From the NCBI GenBank assembly GCA_036149055.1, contig JAYZQJ010000081.1, positions 12,076-76,075 on the forward strand: a stretch of DNA of 64,000 bases. Direction: 5' to 3'. Source of the stretch: Myxococcota bacterium. Its GTDB lineage: Bacteria > Myxococcota_A > Polyangia > Polyangiales > Sandaracinaceae. Numbering within the stretch: position 1 is the first letter of the stretch; each line of letters starts with the position of its first letter. Positions 1-10,135 of the stretch are shown in pieces. A program made the translations under genes and the position numbers. The notes below the pieces were generated by a model. It was given only the letters and a program-made list of their open reading frames with translations. It was not told the origin of the DNA and searched no databases.

Positions 1-2
1 GC

Positions 3-143
3 CGCGGCTCGATCGCGCCGAGCGGCCGCCCTCCCCGGGCGGCCAAACAGATCCCGACCCCCGTGCTCATCATCGGCCTGATCCTGATCGCCCTGTTCAT
101 GGGCGGCCTCGGCGTCGGCCTCGCGCTGCTCCTGATGAGCTAG
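3..143 (+). CDS. 3' end of a gene entering from the left; C-terminal transmembrane helix
   Basis: Open frame RGSIAPSGRPPRAAKQIPTPVLIIGLILIALFMGGLGVGLALLLMS* ending at TAG 141-143; converges on the next gene. Confidence 0.6.
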   Translation, partial: RGSIAPSGRPPRAAKQIPTPVLIIGLILIALFMGGLGVGLALLLMS

Positions 144-146
144 CCC

Positions 147-1961
147 TCAGAGCGCCGTGCGGAGGAGGAGCTCGTCGTTGGTGGCGGCGCCGAGCTTGAG
201 CGCGCGGAAGGCGACGCTGCTGGGCGGGCGCGTGGTCGTGGTCACCAGGTACTGGAAGCCCGGGGCGTTGGTGCTGTCCTCGAGCCAGCTGACGAGGCGG
301 TAGAGCGCGTCGTAGTGCGAGCGGGCGAGGTCCGCCTCGCGGGGGCTGTCGTGGATCCAGAAGCCCGGCAGCGCGGCGTTGCCCTCGCTCGCGAGGATCA
401 GCGCGGTCAGGTCGAGCGCGAGGGTCTCCATGACCCGCATCGCCGGGCTCGTGCCGCGGCGGCCGTCGGCCATGCGGATGCCCGCCTCGAAGCCGGTGGT
501 GCCGAGCGCGAAGCGGCCGCGGCTGTCCTGACCGGCGAGGCGACGCACCACGAAGTCGTAGGTGTCGCGGACCCGGCCGACCGCCTTGGCGTGGGCCCGG
601 AGCGCCCGCTCCCGGTCGGCGCGCGCGGCGGCGAGCTCCTTCTGCACCGCGGCCAGTTCGTCGGCGAGGGCGCGGCGGCGCTCGAGGTGGCGCGCGAGGT
701 CCTTGGCGCGGCCGAGGCGCTCGCGGGCGTCGGCCCAGCGGAGCCGCGCCTTGCGGGCCCCGTCGCGCTCCTTCTGCTGCGCCTTGGCGAACCGGCGGCG
801 CGCGGTCTCGAGCTTCTTCTCGGCCCGGGCGTGCGCCTTCTCCTGCCGCGCGATCGCGCGCTGAGCGGTCTTGATCGGGTCGCGGCGGCGGCCGCTCGCG
901 GTGCGCGCGAAGGCCTCCTCGCAGGAGGCGTGGCAGAGGCCGCAGTCGGCGTCCTCGCCGGCGAACGAGCGGAGCGCCTCGAGCCGGGCGCGCTCGACCG
1001 CCTCGTCGACCCGCGCCTGCTCCAGCTTGGCCCGCGCCTTGGCGAGCCCCTCCGGCTCGCTCGCGGCCGCGTCGAGCGTGTCGACCTCGCCCTCGAGCTG
1101 GCGCACGACCGCGGCGAGCACGAGCGGCTGCTCGACCAGCTCGGCCGCCTCGCCGTGCCCCTCGCGCTCCAGCCGGCACGAGAGCCAGGCGACCTCCCGC
1201 TCGCAGTCGGCGAGGCGTCGGATGGTCTGCTTCTCGCGGTGCTCGAGGCCGGCCACCGCCTCCTCGGTCGCGAGGTCCTCGTCGGCGCGCACGTTCAGCA
1301 GCGAGCGGATCGCGCGGACGCGCTGCACCTGGGCCACCCGCGCCATCTTGCTGGCCGGGGTCGCGATGCGATCGCGCCAGCGGAGCGGCCCGCCGAAGCG
1401 ACGCTCCTGGTCGCGGCTCATCCACGAGAGCGCGGCCAGCCACGGATCGCCGAGCGGCCGCAGGGTCTCGAGCGCGTCGCCGAGGGTGCCGCGGAGCGCG
1501 TCGAGGAACTCGTCGTAGCCACCGTCTTCGCTCGGCTCGAGCACCTCCTCGAGGAACGAGGCTCGCAGCGCGGAGGAGCCGCGCGAGGCGTCGAACGGGC
1601 GGCGCACCGCCCACGGCTCGCCGTCGACGAAGACCTCGGCGGCCACGTAGCCCTCGGGGAACTTCGCGACGAGCGCCGCCGCGTCCTCCGGCGAGGTGAT
1701 GTCGGGCTCGCCGAGCACGTGGCGCAGCATGCGCACGAGCAGCGTCTTGCCCGCGCCGTGGCCGATCTTGCTGCCGACGCGCTCGTCCGGCTCGGCGTCG
1801 GGCGCCCAGACGACGTTGAGCCCGGGCTGCAGGGTCAGGCGACGGAGCTCGCGGCCGGGCGCGGCGAAGATCGCCACGTGGCGCATCCACACCCGCGGCT
1901 CGGTGCGGGTGGGGCGGGGGACGAAGGGCTCGTCGAGCGTGAGGAAGGTCTGGGTACCCAC
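147..1961 (-). CDS. SMC/Rad50-like ABC ATPase of the ABC-three-component (Lamassu LmuB / DUF2326-like) type
   Basis: GLNVVWAPD...GHGAGKT Walker A, central coiled coil with CGLC, C-terminal LALDL...PGFWIHDSPREADL...FQYLVTTTT; start set to GTG 1961 (ORF extends to 2018). Confidence 0.75.
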   Translation of the reverse strand: MGTQTFLTLDEPFVPRPTRTEPRVWMRHVAIFAAPGRELRRLTLQPGLNVVWAPDAEPDERVGSKIGHGAGKTLLVRMLRHVLGEPDITSPEDAAALVAKFPEGYVAAEVFVDGEPWAVRRPFDASRGSSALRASFLEEVLEPSEDGGYDEFLDALRGTLGDALETLRPLGDPWLAALSWMSRDQERRFGGPLRWRDRIATPASKMARVAQVQRVRAIRSLLNVRADEDLATEEAVAGLEHREKQTIRRLADCEREVAWLSCRLEREGHGEAAELVEQPLVLAAVVRQLEGEVDTLDAAASEPEGLAKARAKLEQARVDEAVERARLEALRSFAGEDADCGLCHASCEEAFARTASGRRRDPIKTAQRAIARQEKAHARAEKKLETARRRFAKAQQKERDGARKARLRWADARERLGRAKDLARHLERRRALADELAAVQKELAAARADRERALRAHAKAVGRVRDTYDFVVRRLAGQDSRGRFALGTTGFEAGIRMADGRRGTSPAMRVMETLALDLTALILASEGNAALPGFWIHDSPREADLARSHYDALYRLVSWLEDSTNAPGFQYLVTTTTRPPSSVAFRALKLGAATNDELLLRTAL

Positions 1962-2199
1962 GATGGCCGGGCACGTTACCCGGCGGTTCGGGGCCGAGCC
2001 ATGGCTTTCCACCGCCAAATTGCGATCGTCGGATCGCCCGGATCCGCTGATTCTCGGTCGAAACCCATGAAATCACGCCCGAAACCGCGGATCTCAGGCT
2101 TCTGGGCACCCTCACGACGGAGGCGATCGCCACCGGGAAAGGGCGATCGCCCCTCGGGGCCGGGCTTGCGCGCAGGGGGCGCGGCCCCACATCGACCCC

Positions 2200-2970
2200 A
2201 TGGCGGGGGACACGCGGGTCGCCGTGGTGAGCGGCGGGAATCGAGGCATCGGGCGCGAGATCGCGCGGGGGCTGGTCGAGCGCGGCTTCGAGGTCGTCGC
2301 GACCAGCCGGAGCGACGCGGGCAAGGCCGACGTGGAGGCGGTCGGCGCGCGCTGGCGGCCGCTCGACGTGGCCCGTCGCGACAGCGTGGGCGCGTTCGCG
2401 GAGTCGCTCGAGGCGGTCGACGTGCTGGTGAACAACGCCGGCGTCGCGCTCGACGGCTTCGACGCGCAGGTCGTGCTCGACACGCTGGCGGTGAACTTCC
2501 TCGGCGCGATGCACCTGACCGACACCCTGCTGCCGAAGATGCGGCGGGGCGCGCGGGTGGTGAACGTGTCGAGCGGGATGGGCGAGCTGTCGTGCCTGGG
2601 CCCGCGCCTCCGCGAGCGCTTCGCCTCGCCCGAGCTGACCCGGGACGAGCTCGTCACCCTGGTCGAGTCCTTCGAGCGCGACGTGGAGAGCGGCGCGCAC
2701 GAGGAGCACGGCTGGCCCTCCTCGGCCTACCGGGTGTCCAAGGCGGCGCTCAACGCGCTGACCCGCGTGCTCGCGCGCGAGCTCGAGGGCGATCCGAGGC
2801 GCGTGCGGGTCAACGCCGCCTGCCCGGGCTGGGTCGCGACCGACATGGGCGGCCCCGGCGCGCCTCGCACCCCGGAGGAGGGCGCGGTCACCCCGCTCTG
2901 GCTCGCCACCGAGGCGCCGGCCGAGCTGACCGGCCGCTTCTTCCGGGATCGACGCGAAATCCCATTCTGA
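2200..2970 (+). CDS. SDR family NAD(P)-dependent oxidoreductase (carbonyl reductase-like)
   Basis: SGGNRGIG, LVNNAG, YRVSK catalytic motif, CPGWVATDMGG. Confidence 0.92.
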   Translation: MAGDTRVAVVSGGNRGIGREIARGLVERGFEVVATSRSDAGKADVEAVGARWRPLDVARRDSVGAFAESLEAVDVLVNNAGVALDGFDAQVVLDTLAVNFLGAMHLTDTLLPKMRRGARVVNVSSGMGELSCLGPRLRERFASPELTRDELVTLVESFERDVESGAHEEHGWPSSAYRVSKAALNALTRVLARELEGDPRRVRVNAACPGWVATDMGGPGAPRTPEEGAVTPLWLATEAPAELTGRFFRDRREIPF

Positions 2971-3013
2971 GGCCTAAAAGGAGGGCGCCCCTCGGCCGAT
3001 ATGCCTCATCGAG

Positions 3014-3469
3014 ATGAAGGGTGAGCCCGTTTCTCTCGACATGGAGGTCGTGAGCCCCCGCGCCGTCGGCTCGCGCGCCCCTTCGGCGCCTCCGCCGGCC
3101 CGGAGCAGCCGCGCGCCCGAGCGGCGTCGGCGGAGAGACGACTTCTGGAGCCAGCTGGTGCCCAAGCTGGCCTTCGTCTCGTGGGGCTTCCTCCTGGTCG
3201 CCGCTGGCTTCTTCGCCTCGGCCCAGCCGCCGACCCAGCTCGGCTTCTTCGCGCGGCTCTCGACCCGGGTGGTGCGATCGTACTGGGACCGAGGCGATCT
3301 GGGGGTCGCGCTCGGCTGCTGCGGCGCCGCCTGGGGCATCTCGCTGTTCGCGATGATCGTGCACTCGCGCCGGATCGGCCGCGCCGACGACCGCGTGCAC
3401 CTGCCCACCGTGATCGCCGGCGTCGCCGCCTCGGTCGCGATCGTCGGCATCGTCGCCATCCTCGTCTGA
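3014..3469 (+). CDS. hypothetical membrane protein (about 3 TM)
   Basis: Three hydrophobic segments; GC3-rich codon usage. Confidence 0.65.
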   Translation: MKGEPVSLDMEVVSPRAVGSRAPSAPPPARSSRAPERRRRRDDFWSQLVPKLAFVSWGFLLVAAGFFASAQPPTQLGFFARLSTRVVRSYWDRGDLGVALGCCGAAWGISLFAMIVHSRRIGRADDRVHLPTVIAGVAASVAIVGIVAILV

Positions 3470-3490
3470 AGCCCGTATAGGATCGGGGGC

Positions 3491-3937
3491 GTGATGCACG
3501 CCGCCGAGCGCAGGGTTCGCGTGGAGCTGGTCGGGGGCGCGTGCCTCGTGATGCCGGCGGCGGCGCCGCGGGTGGACGACATCGAGGCGCTGCGTACCGT
3601 CCTCGAGGAGGCGCTGGCGCGGGCTCCCCTGCCGCTCCTGTTCGTGGTGCCGGCCTCGATGTCGCTGCCCGGCGACGAGGCGCGTCACGCGATGCGCGCG
3701 CTGCTCTCGGACGTCGGTCCGCGGCTGAGCGCGGTGGCGGCGGTGATCGAGGGCCAGGGCTTTCGCGCGGCCGCCAAGCGGAGCGTGGTCACGTTCGTCA
3801 CCGGAGTCCTCGCGCGCGACGTGCGGCTCCGCGTCTTCTCCGGGGTGGACGAGGCCTGCCTCTGGCTCGACGCGGTGGACCTCGAGGCGATCGGCGCCGC
3901 CGTCGCCCGGGCCCGGGTCCAGCTCGACCCGGCGTAG
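3491..3937 (+). CDS. hypothetical protein, STAS/SEC14-like small myxobacterial family
   Basis: AAVIEGQGFRAAAKRSVV...RVFSGVDEACLWL pattern; TAGGAT 7 nt upstream of GTG. Confidence 0.65.
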   Translation: MMHAAERRVRVELVGGACLVMPAAAPRVDDIEALRTVLEEALARAPLPLLFVVPASMSLPGDEARHAMRALLSDVGPRLSAVAAVIEGQGFRAAAKRSVVTFVTGVLARDVRLRVFSGVDEACLWLDAVDLEAIGAAVARARVQLDPA

Positions 3938-3952
3938 GGAGCGCGCCGGCCC

Positions 3953-4918
3953 TCAGCGGCTCGCGCGGCGGCGGAGGTGGTCGAGGGCCACGGCGGCGAT
4001 GATGATGGCGCCGACCAAGATCTCTTGCACGTAGTTCGGCACCCCGGCGAGGGTGCAGCCGTTGGCGAGCACCGCCATGAAGAAGGCGCCGAGGAGCGCG
4101 CCGGCGATGCTGCCGCGGCCGCCGCTGAGGCTGCCGCCGCCGATGACCACCGCGGCGATCACGTCGAGCTCGAGGCCGATCGCGGTCGTGGGATCTCCGA
4201 CGGTGAGCCGGCCGAGCTGCAGGACCCCTGCGAGGCCGCCGAAGACGCCGGCGAGCACGTAGACGAGGACCTTCACCCGCTCCACCGGCACGCCGCAGAG
4301 GCGCGCGGTGGCCTCGCTCGAGCCGATGGCGAAGGTGTGCACGCCGAAGACCGTGCGCCGCAGGAGAAGCGCCATCACCAGCGCCAGCGCCAGCGTGATC
4401 CACACGCCCTTGGCCAGGAGCAGCCAGCCGGGGTCCGGCGTCTTGGTCATCAGGTCGGCGAGCCAGCCCGCGTCGGCGTTCACCGTCTGCTCGTTGGCGA
4501 GGTACTTCGCGGCCCCGCGCGCGATGCCCATCGTGCCGAGCGTCACGATGAACGGCACGATCGACAGACGCGTGATCAGCAGACCGTTGACCGCGCCGAG
4601 CGCCGCGCCGATCGCGACGCCGCCGAGGAGCGCGACCAGCTCGGGCTGGCCCTCCCGCAACAGGACGGCGGTGACCACGCTCGCGAGCGCGATCACCGAG
4701 CCGACGCTCAGGTCGATGCCGCCGCTGACCATCACCCAGGTCATGCCGATGGCGCCGAGCGCGACGATGACCGTCTGGGTGGCGATGGTCTTGAAGTTGT
4801 ACGCGCTGAGGAACCGATCGGGCACGAGGGCGGCGAACAGGATCATCACGAGCAGCAGCCCGATCGCCGGCCCCGCGACGTCGAGCGCCCGCTGCAGCCG
4901 CGCGCGGGCCCCGCTCAC
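3953..4918 (-). CDS. monosaccharide ABC transporter permease (RbsC-like)
   Basis: GGIDLSVGS, PFIVTLGT, ELDVIAAVVIGGGSLSGGRG; GTGA overlap with the ATPase gene. Confidence 0.93.
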   Translation of the reverse strand: MSGARARLQRALDVAGPAIGLLLVMILFAALVPDRFLSAYNFKTIATQTVIVALGAIGMTWVMVSGGIDLSVGSVIALASVVTAVLLREGQPELVALLGGVAIGAALGAVNGLLITRLSIVPFIVTLGTMGIARGAAKYLANEQTVNADAGWLADLMTKTPDPGWLLLAKGVWITLALALVMALLLRRTVFGVHTFAIGSSEATARLCGVPVERVKVLVYVLAGVFGGLAGVLQLGRLTVGDPTTAIGLELDVIAAVVIGGGSLSGGRGSIAGALLGAFFMAVLANGCTLAGVPNYVQEILVGAIIIAAVALDHLRRRASR

Positions 4919-6393
4919 GCCGCACCTCGGATCGCCTCGTCGAGGATCTCCACCTCGGTCCACTCGCTCACGGGGCGCGGCGCGCCGAGGGCGCCGCGAT
5001 GCATCACCGCGACGCGATCGCAGACGCCGAGCAGCTCCGGCACGTAGCTGCTGACCATCAGCACCGACTTGCCCTGCGCGGCGAGCTCCCCGATCAGCCG
5101 ATAGACCTCCACCTTGCTCCCGACGTCGATGCCGCGGGTGGGCTCGTCGAGCAGGAGCAGCTCGGCCTCCTGGTGCAGGAGCCGCGCGATCGCGACCTTC
5201 TGCTGGTTGCCGCCGCTCAGGGCGCCGACCGGCTGCTCGGCCGCGTCCATCTTGATGGCGAGCCGGGCCGACCACTTCTTCGTCACCGCGCTGCGGAGCC
5301 GGCGGTCGATCCACCCGAGGCGCGCGACCGGGCGGCTGAGCGTGAGGTTCTCGGCGATGGAGCGATCGAGCGCGAGCCCCTCCTCCTTGCGGTCCTCGCT
5401 CACCAGGCCGAGGCCCTGCGCGATGCGCCGACGCACCCCCGCGCCGCCGTCCACGTCGCCGCCGATCGTCACCCGACCGCGCCGCACCGGGTCGAGCCCC
5501 ATCAGCGCGCGGAGCAGCTCGGTGCGGCCCGCGCCGACGAGGCCGGCGATCCCGAGGATCTCCCCGCGGCGCAGCGTGAAGCTCGCGCCCTCGGGCCGCT
5601 CTCGCCCGGACAGCGCCGAGACTTCGAGCAGCGGCTCGCCCGGCTCGTGCGGCACCCGCGGGTAGGCCTCGCCGAGGCTGCGCCCGACCATCTGCTCGAC
5701 GATCGCGGCGATCTCGGTGTCGGCGACACGACCGGTCGCCACCGTCTCGCCGTCGCGGAGCACGGTGTAGCGATCGGCGATCCGCTTCACCTCCTCGAGG
5801 AAGTGGCTGATGTAGACGATCGAGACGTCGCGGGCGCGCAGGGCGCGGATCACCGCGTCGAGCTTCTCGGACTCGGCCGCGCTGAGCGACGAGGTCGGCT
5901 CGTCGAGCACCACGACCTTCGCCTCCCCGACCAGCGCCCGCCCGATCTCGACGAGCTGCCGCGCGCCGGGGCCGAGCTCGCGCACCGGGCGGTCCGGCGC
6001 GAGGTCGGGGTGATCCAGCACCGCGAGCGCGCGGTCGACGCGGGGGTCGGCGGACACGACGCCGAGGCGGCTGCGCTCGCGCCCGAGCACGAGGTTCTGG
6101 GCCACGGTCAGGTCGGGCGCGAGGTTCAGCTCCTGGTAGATCATCGCGACGCCCGCCCGCAGCGCGTCGACCGGCCGACGAGGCGCGTAGGCGACGCCGT
6201 CGAGGGTCATGCGTCCGTCGTCCGGCGCGTGCGCGCCGCTGAGCACCTTCATCAGCGTGCTCTTGCCGGCGCCGTTCTCGCCGACCAGCGCGTGCACCTC
6301 GCCGCGCCCCACCTCGAGGTCGACCCCGGCCAGCGCGACCACCGGGCCGAAGCGCTTCCGGATCCTCTCCATCGAGAGGAGCAGCTCGGTCAC
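4915..6393 (-). CDS. monosaccharide ABC transporter ATP-binding protein (RbsA-like, two ABC domains)
   Basis: GENGAGKST, LDEPTSSL, LSGGNQQKV, LDEPTRGIDVG; GTGA overlap with the binding-protein gene. Confidence 0.95.
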   Translation of the reverse strand: MTELLLSMERIRKRFGPVVALAGVDLEVGRGEVHALVGENGAGKSTLMKVLSGAHAPDDGRMTLDGVAYAPRRPVDALRAGVAMIYQELNLAPDLTVAQNLVLGRERSRLGVVSADPRVDRALAVLDHPDLAPDRPVRELGPGARQLVEIGRALVGEAKVVVLDEPTSSLSAAESEKLDAVIRALRARDVSIVYISHFLEEVKRIADRYTVLRDGETVATGRVADTEIAAIVEQMVGRSLGEAYPRVPHEPGEPLLEVSALSGRERPEGASFTLRRGEILGIAGLVGAGRTELLRALMGLDPVRRGRVTIGGDVDGGAGVRRRIAQGLGLVSEDRKEEGLALDRSIAENLTLSRPVARLGWIDRRLRSAVTKKWSARLAIKMDAAEQPVGALSGGNQQKVAIARLLHQEAELLLLDEPTRGIDVGSKVEVYRLIGELAAQGKSVLMVSSYVPELLGVCDRVAVMHRGALGAPRPVSEWTEVEILDEAIRGAA

Positions 6394-7379
6394 TCGCCCT
6401 CGAGGATCGACAGGTCGGGCGAGAGCAGGGCCGCCACCTCGGGCTGCTCCATGTTGTCGCGGGTGACCATGGTCGCGCCGGTGTCGACGCGCGCCTCGAC
6501 CTCCTCCCCGTCGAGGCGAGAGACCGCGGTGCGCACCGCCAGGTCGCCCATGCGCTCGGGGTTCTGGAGCACGAGGCCGTGCACCTGCCCGGCCCGGAGC
6601 GCGGCCACGAGCCCCTCGTTCGCGTCGAAGCCGACGAGCTTCACGTCGCCGGCCCGGTTCCCCTCCTGCAGCGCCCGGAGCATGCCGAAGGTCGTCGACT
6701 CGTTCGGCGTGAACACGCCGTCGACGTCCGGGTGGCGCACGAGGAGGTTCTCCGCCGTCTGGTAGGCGGTCTCGGTCGTGGCGCCGCCGTACTGGTTGTC
6801 GCTGACGATCTCGACGCCGGAGAAGCGCTCGCGCATCGTCTCGAGGAAGCCCGCCTCCCGGCGGCTCGTGGAGTCGGAGCCCTCCTGGTAGCGCATGACC
6901 ATCACGGTGCCCTCCCCGCCGAGCAGCTCGTTCATGCGCTCCGCGGCGAGCACGCCGCCCTGGTAGTTGTCGGTGGCGACGAACGAGACGAGGCCGTCCC
7001 ACTCGATGCCGCTGTCGAAGATCACGACCGGGATGCCCTCGCGGCTCGCCTCGGTCGCGACCGGCACGAGGGCCATGCGGTCGAGGGGCGCGAGCACGAT
7101 GGCGTCGACCCCGCGGCTGATCATGTCCTCGACCACTCGCACCTGCGCCGCGCGGTCGTCCTCCCGCTGCGGGCCCTGCCAGAGGATGTCGACGTCGAGC
7201 TCGTTCGCCGCCCGGAGCGCGCCCGCGTGGACCGAGCGCCAGAAGACGTGCGTGGTGCCCTTCGGGATCACCGCGATGGTGCGCCGAGACGCGCCCTCCC
7301 CCGAGCCGCCCGACGCGTCGCCCGCGCAGTCACACCCCACCAGGAACACCGCCAGCAGCGCCAGCACCAGGACTCGCAT
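6390..7379 (-). CDS. sugar ABC transporter substrate-binding lipoprotein (RbsB/LacI-type fold)
   Basis: Lipobox LVGC; IAVIPKGTTHVFWRSVHAGA, VATDNYQGG, VGFD. Confidence 0.92.
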   Translation of the reverse strand: MRVLVLALLAVFLVGCDCAGDASGGSGEGASRRTIAVIPKGTTHVFWRSVHAGALRAANELDVDILWQGPQREDDRAAQVRVVEDMISRGVDAIVLAPLDRMALVPVATEASREGIPVVIFDSGIEWDGLVSFVATDNYQGGVLAAERMNELLGGEGTVMVMRYQEGSDSTSRREAGFLETMRERFSGVEIVSDNQYGGATTETAYQTAENLLVRHPDVDGVFTPNESTTFGMLRALQEGNRAGDVKLVGFDANEGLVAALRAGQVHGLVLQNPERMGDLAVRTAVSRLDGEEVEARVDTGATMVTRDNMEQPEVAALLSPDLSILEGE

Positions 7380-7443
7380 GGCGGCAACGACATCGGACGG
7401 CGGGTGAAGTGTCAAGCGCCGCGCCGGTCACCCGACCGCAGGC

Positions 7444-8523
7444 TCATGATCCGGTGGCGGAGCTCGGCGTGTCGAGCAGGCGTCGGCAGATGGCGGCGCC
7501 GTCCTCCCACCCGAAGGCGCCGAGGAGGGAGACCGCCGCGAGCAGCGCCGCCGCGAGCAGGACCGCCAGGGGCGCGCGCCTCGGCGTCTCCCTCCTGCGC
7601 CAGAGCCCGGACTGACGAGGGCGACGCCGACGGGGCGCCGCCTGCCCGCGGAGCGCGTCGGCCAGCTCGAGGGCCGAGCCGACGCGGTTCTCCCGCGACT
7701 TGGCGAGCGCGCGCATCAGGGTGCGGCGACCCTCGCGGGGCAACGCCTCCGCCACCGGGTGCGCGTCGACGGGCGTGGGATCGTCGAAGAGGTGGCGGTC
7801 CGCCCAGCCGGCGACGCCGTGGGCCGCGCGATAGGGCGAGCCGCCGGTCAGCAGCTCGTAGGCGATGAGCCCGAGCGCGTAGACGTCGGCGCGCGCGTCG
7901 ACCGGCAGGCCGCAGAGCTGCTCCGGGCTCATGTAGCGCGGGGTGCCGAGGACCTCCCCGCGGAGCGAGATGTCGGGCCGCTCACCGAGGGGATCGGCCT
8001 TGGCGAGCCCGAAGTCGACGACCCGCACCCGGCGGCCCTCGACGATGACGTTCTCGGGCTTGAGATCCCGGTGCACGACCCCGCGCGCGTGGGCGTGCTC
8101 GAGGGCCGCCGCGATCTCGCCGATGACGTGCAGCGCCTCGTCGAGCGGGACCGGCCCGCGCTCCATGCGCTCGGCCAGCGACTCGCCGCGGGCGAGCTCC
8201 ATCACCATCGCCGGCGAGCCGTCGCTCAGCTCGGTGGCGGCGAGGAAGGCGACGATGTTCTCGTGGCGCAGCCGCCGGACCATCTCGTGCTCGCGGCGGA
8301 AGCGCGCGCGGAGCGCGGTCCCCTCGGCCGCGTAGGCGTGCAGCACCTTGATGGCGACGTCGGGCCCGCCGTCCGCGGCCTCGGCCCGGTAGACCGCGCC
8401 GGTGGAGCCGGCCCCGAGCGCCTCGCGCAGCCGCCATCGCCCGAGCACGGTCTCGCCGTCGCGCCGGCGCGCCCGGACCGGACGGTCCGGAGTGATGGAG
8501 GGCAACGTACGGCTCTCGCCCAT
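7444..8523 (-). CDS. Ser/Thr protein kinase with C-terminal TM helix
   Basis: GAGSTGAVY, VAIK, HRDLKPEN, DFG, GTPRYMSPEQ. Confidence 0.93.
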   Translation of the reverse strand: MGESRTLPSITPDRPVRARRRDGETVLGRWRLREALGAGSTGAVYRAEAADGGPDVAIKVLHAYAAEGTALRARFRREHEMVRRLRHENIVAFLAATELSDGSPAMVMELARGESLAERMERGPVPLDEALHVIGEIAAALEHAHARGVVHRDLKPENVIVEGRRVRVVDFGLAKADPLGERPDISLRGEVLGTPRYMSPEQLCGLPVDARADVYALGLIAYELLTGGSPYRAAHGVAGWADRHLFDDPTPVDAHPVAEALPREGRRTLMRALAKSRENRVGSALELADALRGQAAPRRRRPRQSGLWRRRETPRRAPLAVLLAAALLAAVSLLGAFGWEDGAAICRRLLDTPSSATGS

Positions 8524-8601
8524 GCTCCCCAGACAGACGCGCGACCCCGAATATTCGGCTCACGTGCGGCGACGTGCGCGGGACCCCATACTGGAGGCCG
8601 G

Positions 8602-9177
8602 ATGATGATCTTCGTCGAGGCGGCGCTGCAGATCTTCGCCGCGATCGCCTTCGGGCACCTGATCGCGCTCGGGGACCTCCTGGAGCGCCGGGGATACCGC
8701 TGGTTCCGGGGCGCGCCGCTCGCCATCGGCGTCGGAGCCGGCGGCGTCGGCGTGGCGATGCTCCTGATCTCCACGCCCGGCGTGCACCACTTCTGGCTCG
8801 CGGGGCTCGCGAGCTGGGTGCTGCTCGGGCGCGTGCGACACCGCGGCGAGATCGTCATGGCGGTGATGCTCGCGCTCTACCTCGGCGTCTGGACGGTCGG
8901 GCTCGACAACCTCGACACCCGGGCCCTCGCCGGCATGTTCGGCGGCCTGATGGGCGTCGGCGTCCTGCAGCGCCTCGTGAAGCGCGCCCGCCCCAAGCTG
9001 CCCGACAGCGTGGTCGAGGAGCGCTGGGCCTGGTACGCGGTGGTCGCCGGCTACCTCTTCCTGGTGGAGATGGACCTCGGCTTCGCGTGCGCGGTCTGGG
9101 CCTTCCAGTCCGGCAAGGCCGACCTGAACGCGGGCAAGCTGCGCTCCTGGGGCGTCAAGCCGCCGCTCGGGAGCTGA
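8602..9177 (+). CDS. hypothetical multi-pass membrane protein
   Basis: GGAGG RBS before ATG 8602; 5-6 hydrophobic segments. Confidence 0.7.
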   Translation: MMIFVEAALQIFAAIAFGHLIALGDLLERRGYRWFRGAPLAIGVGAGGVGVAMLLISTPGVHHFWLAGLASWVLLGRVRHRGEIVMAVMLALYLGVWTVGLDNLDTRALAGMFGGLMGVGVLQRLVKRARPKLPDSVVEERWAWYAVVAGYLFLVEMDLGFACAVWAFQSGKADLNAGKLRSWGVKPPLGS

Positions 9178-10069
9178 CCCGCTCCAGCAGCCAGTCGCTG
9201 ATCTCGGGCCAGAGCGCCCGGCGGCTGCGAGAGAAGAGGCCGAGGTGGCCGATCGCCGGGAGGTTGCGCTCCTCGGGACGGAGCACGCGCGTCTCCTTGT
9301 CGGCGTGCGGATAGAGCGAGAGCAGCCCCGAGGCGTTCTCGGGCGTCGCGATCTCGTCGTCGCTCGCGTAGACCGCGAGCCAGGGCGCCCGCAGCGCCGC
9401 GAAGCCCGGCTCCGCCGCCAGCTCGCCCGTGAAGTAGTCCGCGCGCCTGCCCCAGCGCGCCCACTCGCGGGCCACCCCCGCCGGGAGATCCTCGCCGAGC
9501 CCGAGCCGCTTGGCCGGCATGTAGCCGAAGAGCGAGGTCGCGGCCGGGATGCCGACGTACCAGAGGCTCGCCACGAACCACTTGTAGGGCGCCGGCATGT
9601 TGCCCCAGTAGCCGAAGCCGGTGCCGAAGGTGGCGACCGCGTCGATCGCCTCCGGCCGGTCGAGCAGCCCGAGCAGCTGCCCCCCGACGCTGTGGCCGAC
9701 CACCAGCCGCGGTAGATCGGGCGCGCGCCGCTCGAGCCAGTCGAACGCCGCCGACGCGTCGAGGCGCGCCCAGTCCTGCTTGGTCGCGTCGAAGCCGCGC
9801 AGCGACGCGGGCCGGGACGAGCCCACGCCCCGGAAGTCGAGGGTCAGGGTCAACAGCCCCCGGTCCGCGAGGTGGGCGGCGAAGGGCGCGTAGAAGCGGC
9901 GCGGGATCCCGGTGCCGCCCAGGAGCAGCACCGTCGCCCTCGGGGCGCCGACCGGCTCGTACAGCGACGCGCCCAGCCCGAGCCCGTCCCGGGCCTCGAT
10001 GCGCACGTTGCGCCCGGGGACGCGTCGCCTTTGCTGTGATGAAATGCTCGCGTTGGACAGGTTTCCCAT
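9155..10069 (-). CDS. alpha/beta fold hydrolase
   Basis: DFRGVG, nucleophile elbow GHSVGG, DDEIA, IGHLGLF; start uncertain. Confidence 0.88.
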   Translation of the reverse strand: MGNLSNASISSQQRRRVPGRNVRIEARDGLGLGASLYEPVGAPRATVLLLGGTGIPRRFYAPFAAHLADRGLLTLTLDFRGVGSSRPASLRGFDATKQDWARLDASAAFDWLERRAPDLPRLVVGHSVGGQLLGLLDRPEAIDAVATFGTGFGYWGNMPAPYKWFVASLWYVGIPAATSLFGYMPAKRLGLGEDLPAGVAREWARWGRRADYFTGELAAEPGFAALRAPWLAVYASDDEIATPENASGLLSLYPHADKETRVLRPEERNLPAIGHLGLFSRSRRALWPEISDWLLERVSSRAAA

Positions 10070-10135
10070 GCATCGAAGCTTTGGGCTGCCACGCAACGGT
10101 GCGTAGGCCTAGAATCGAGAAGTGGGTTTTCACGG

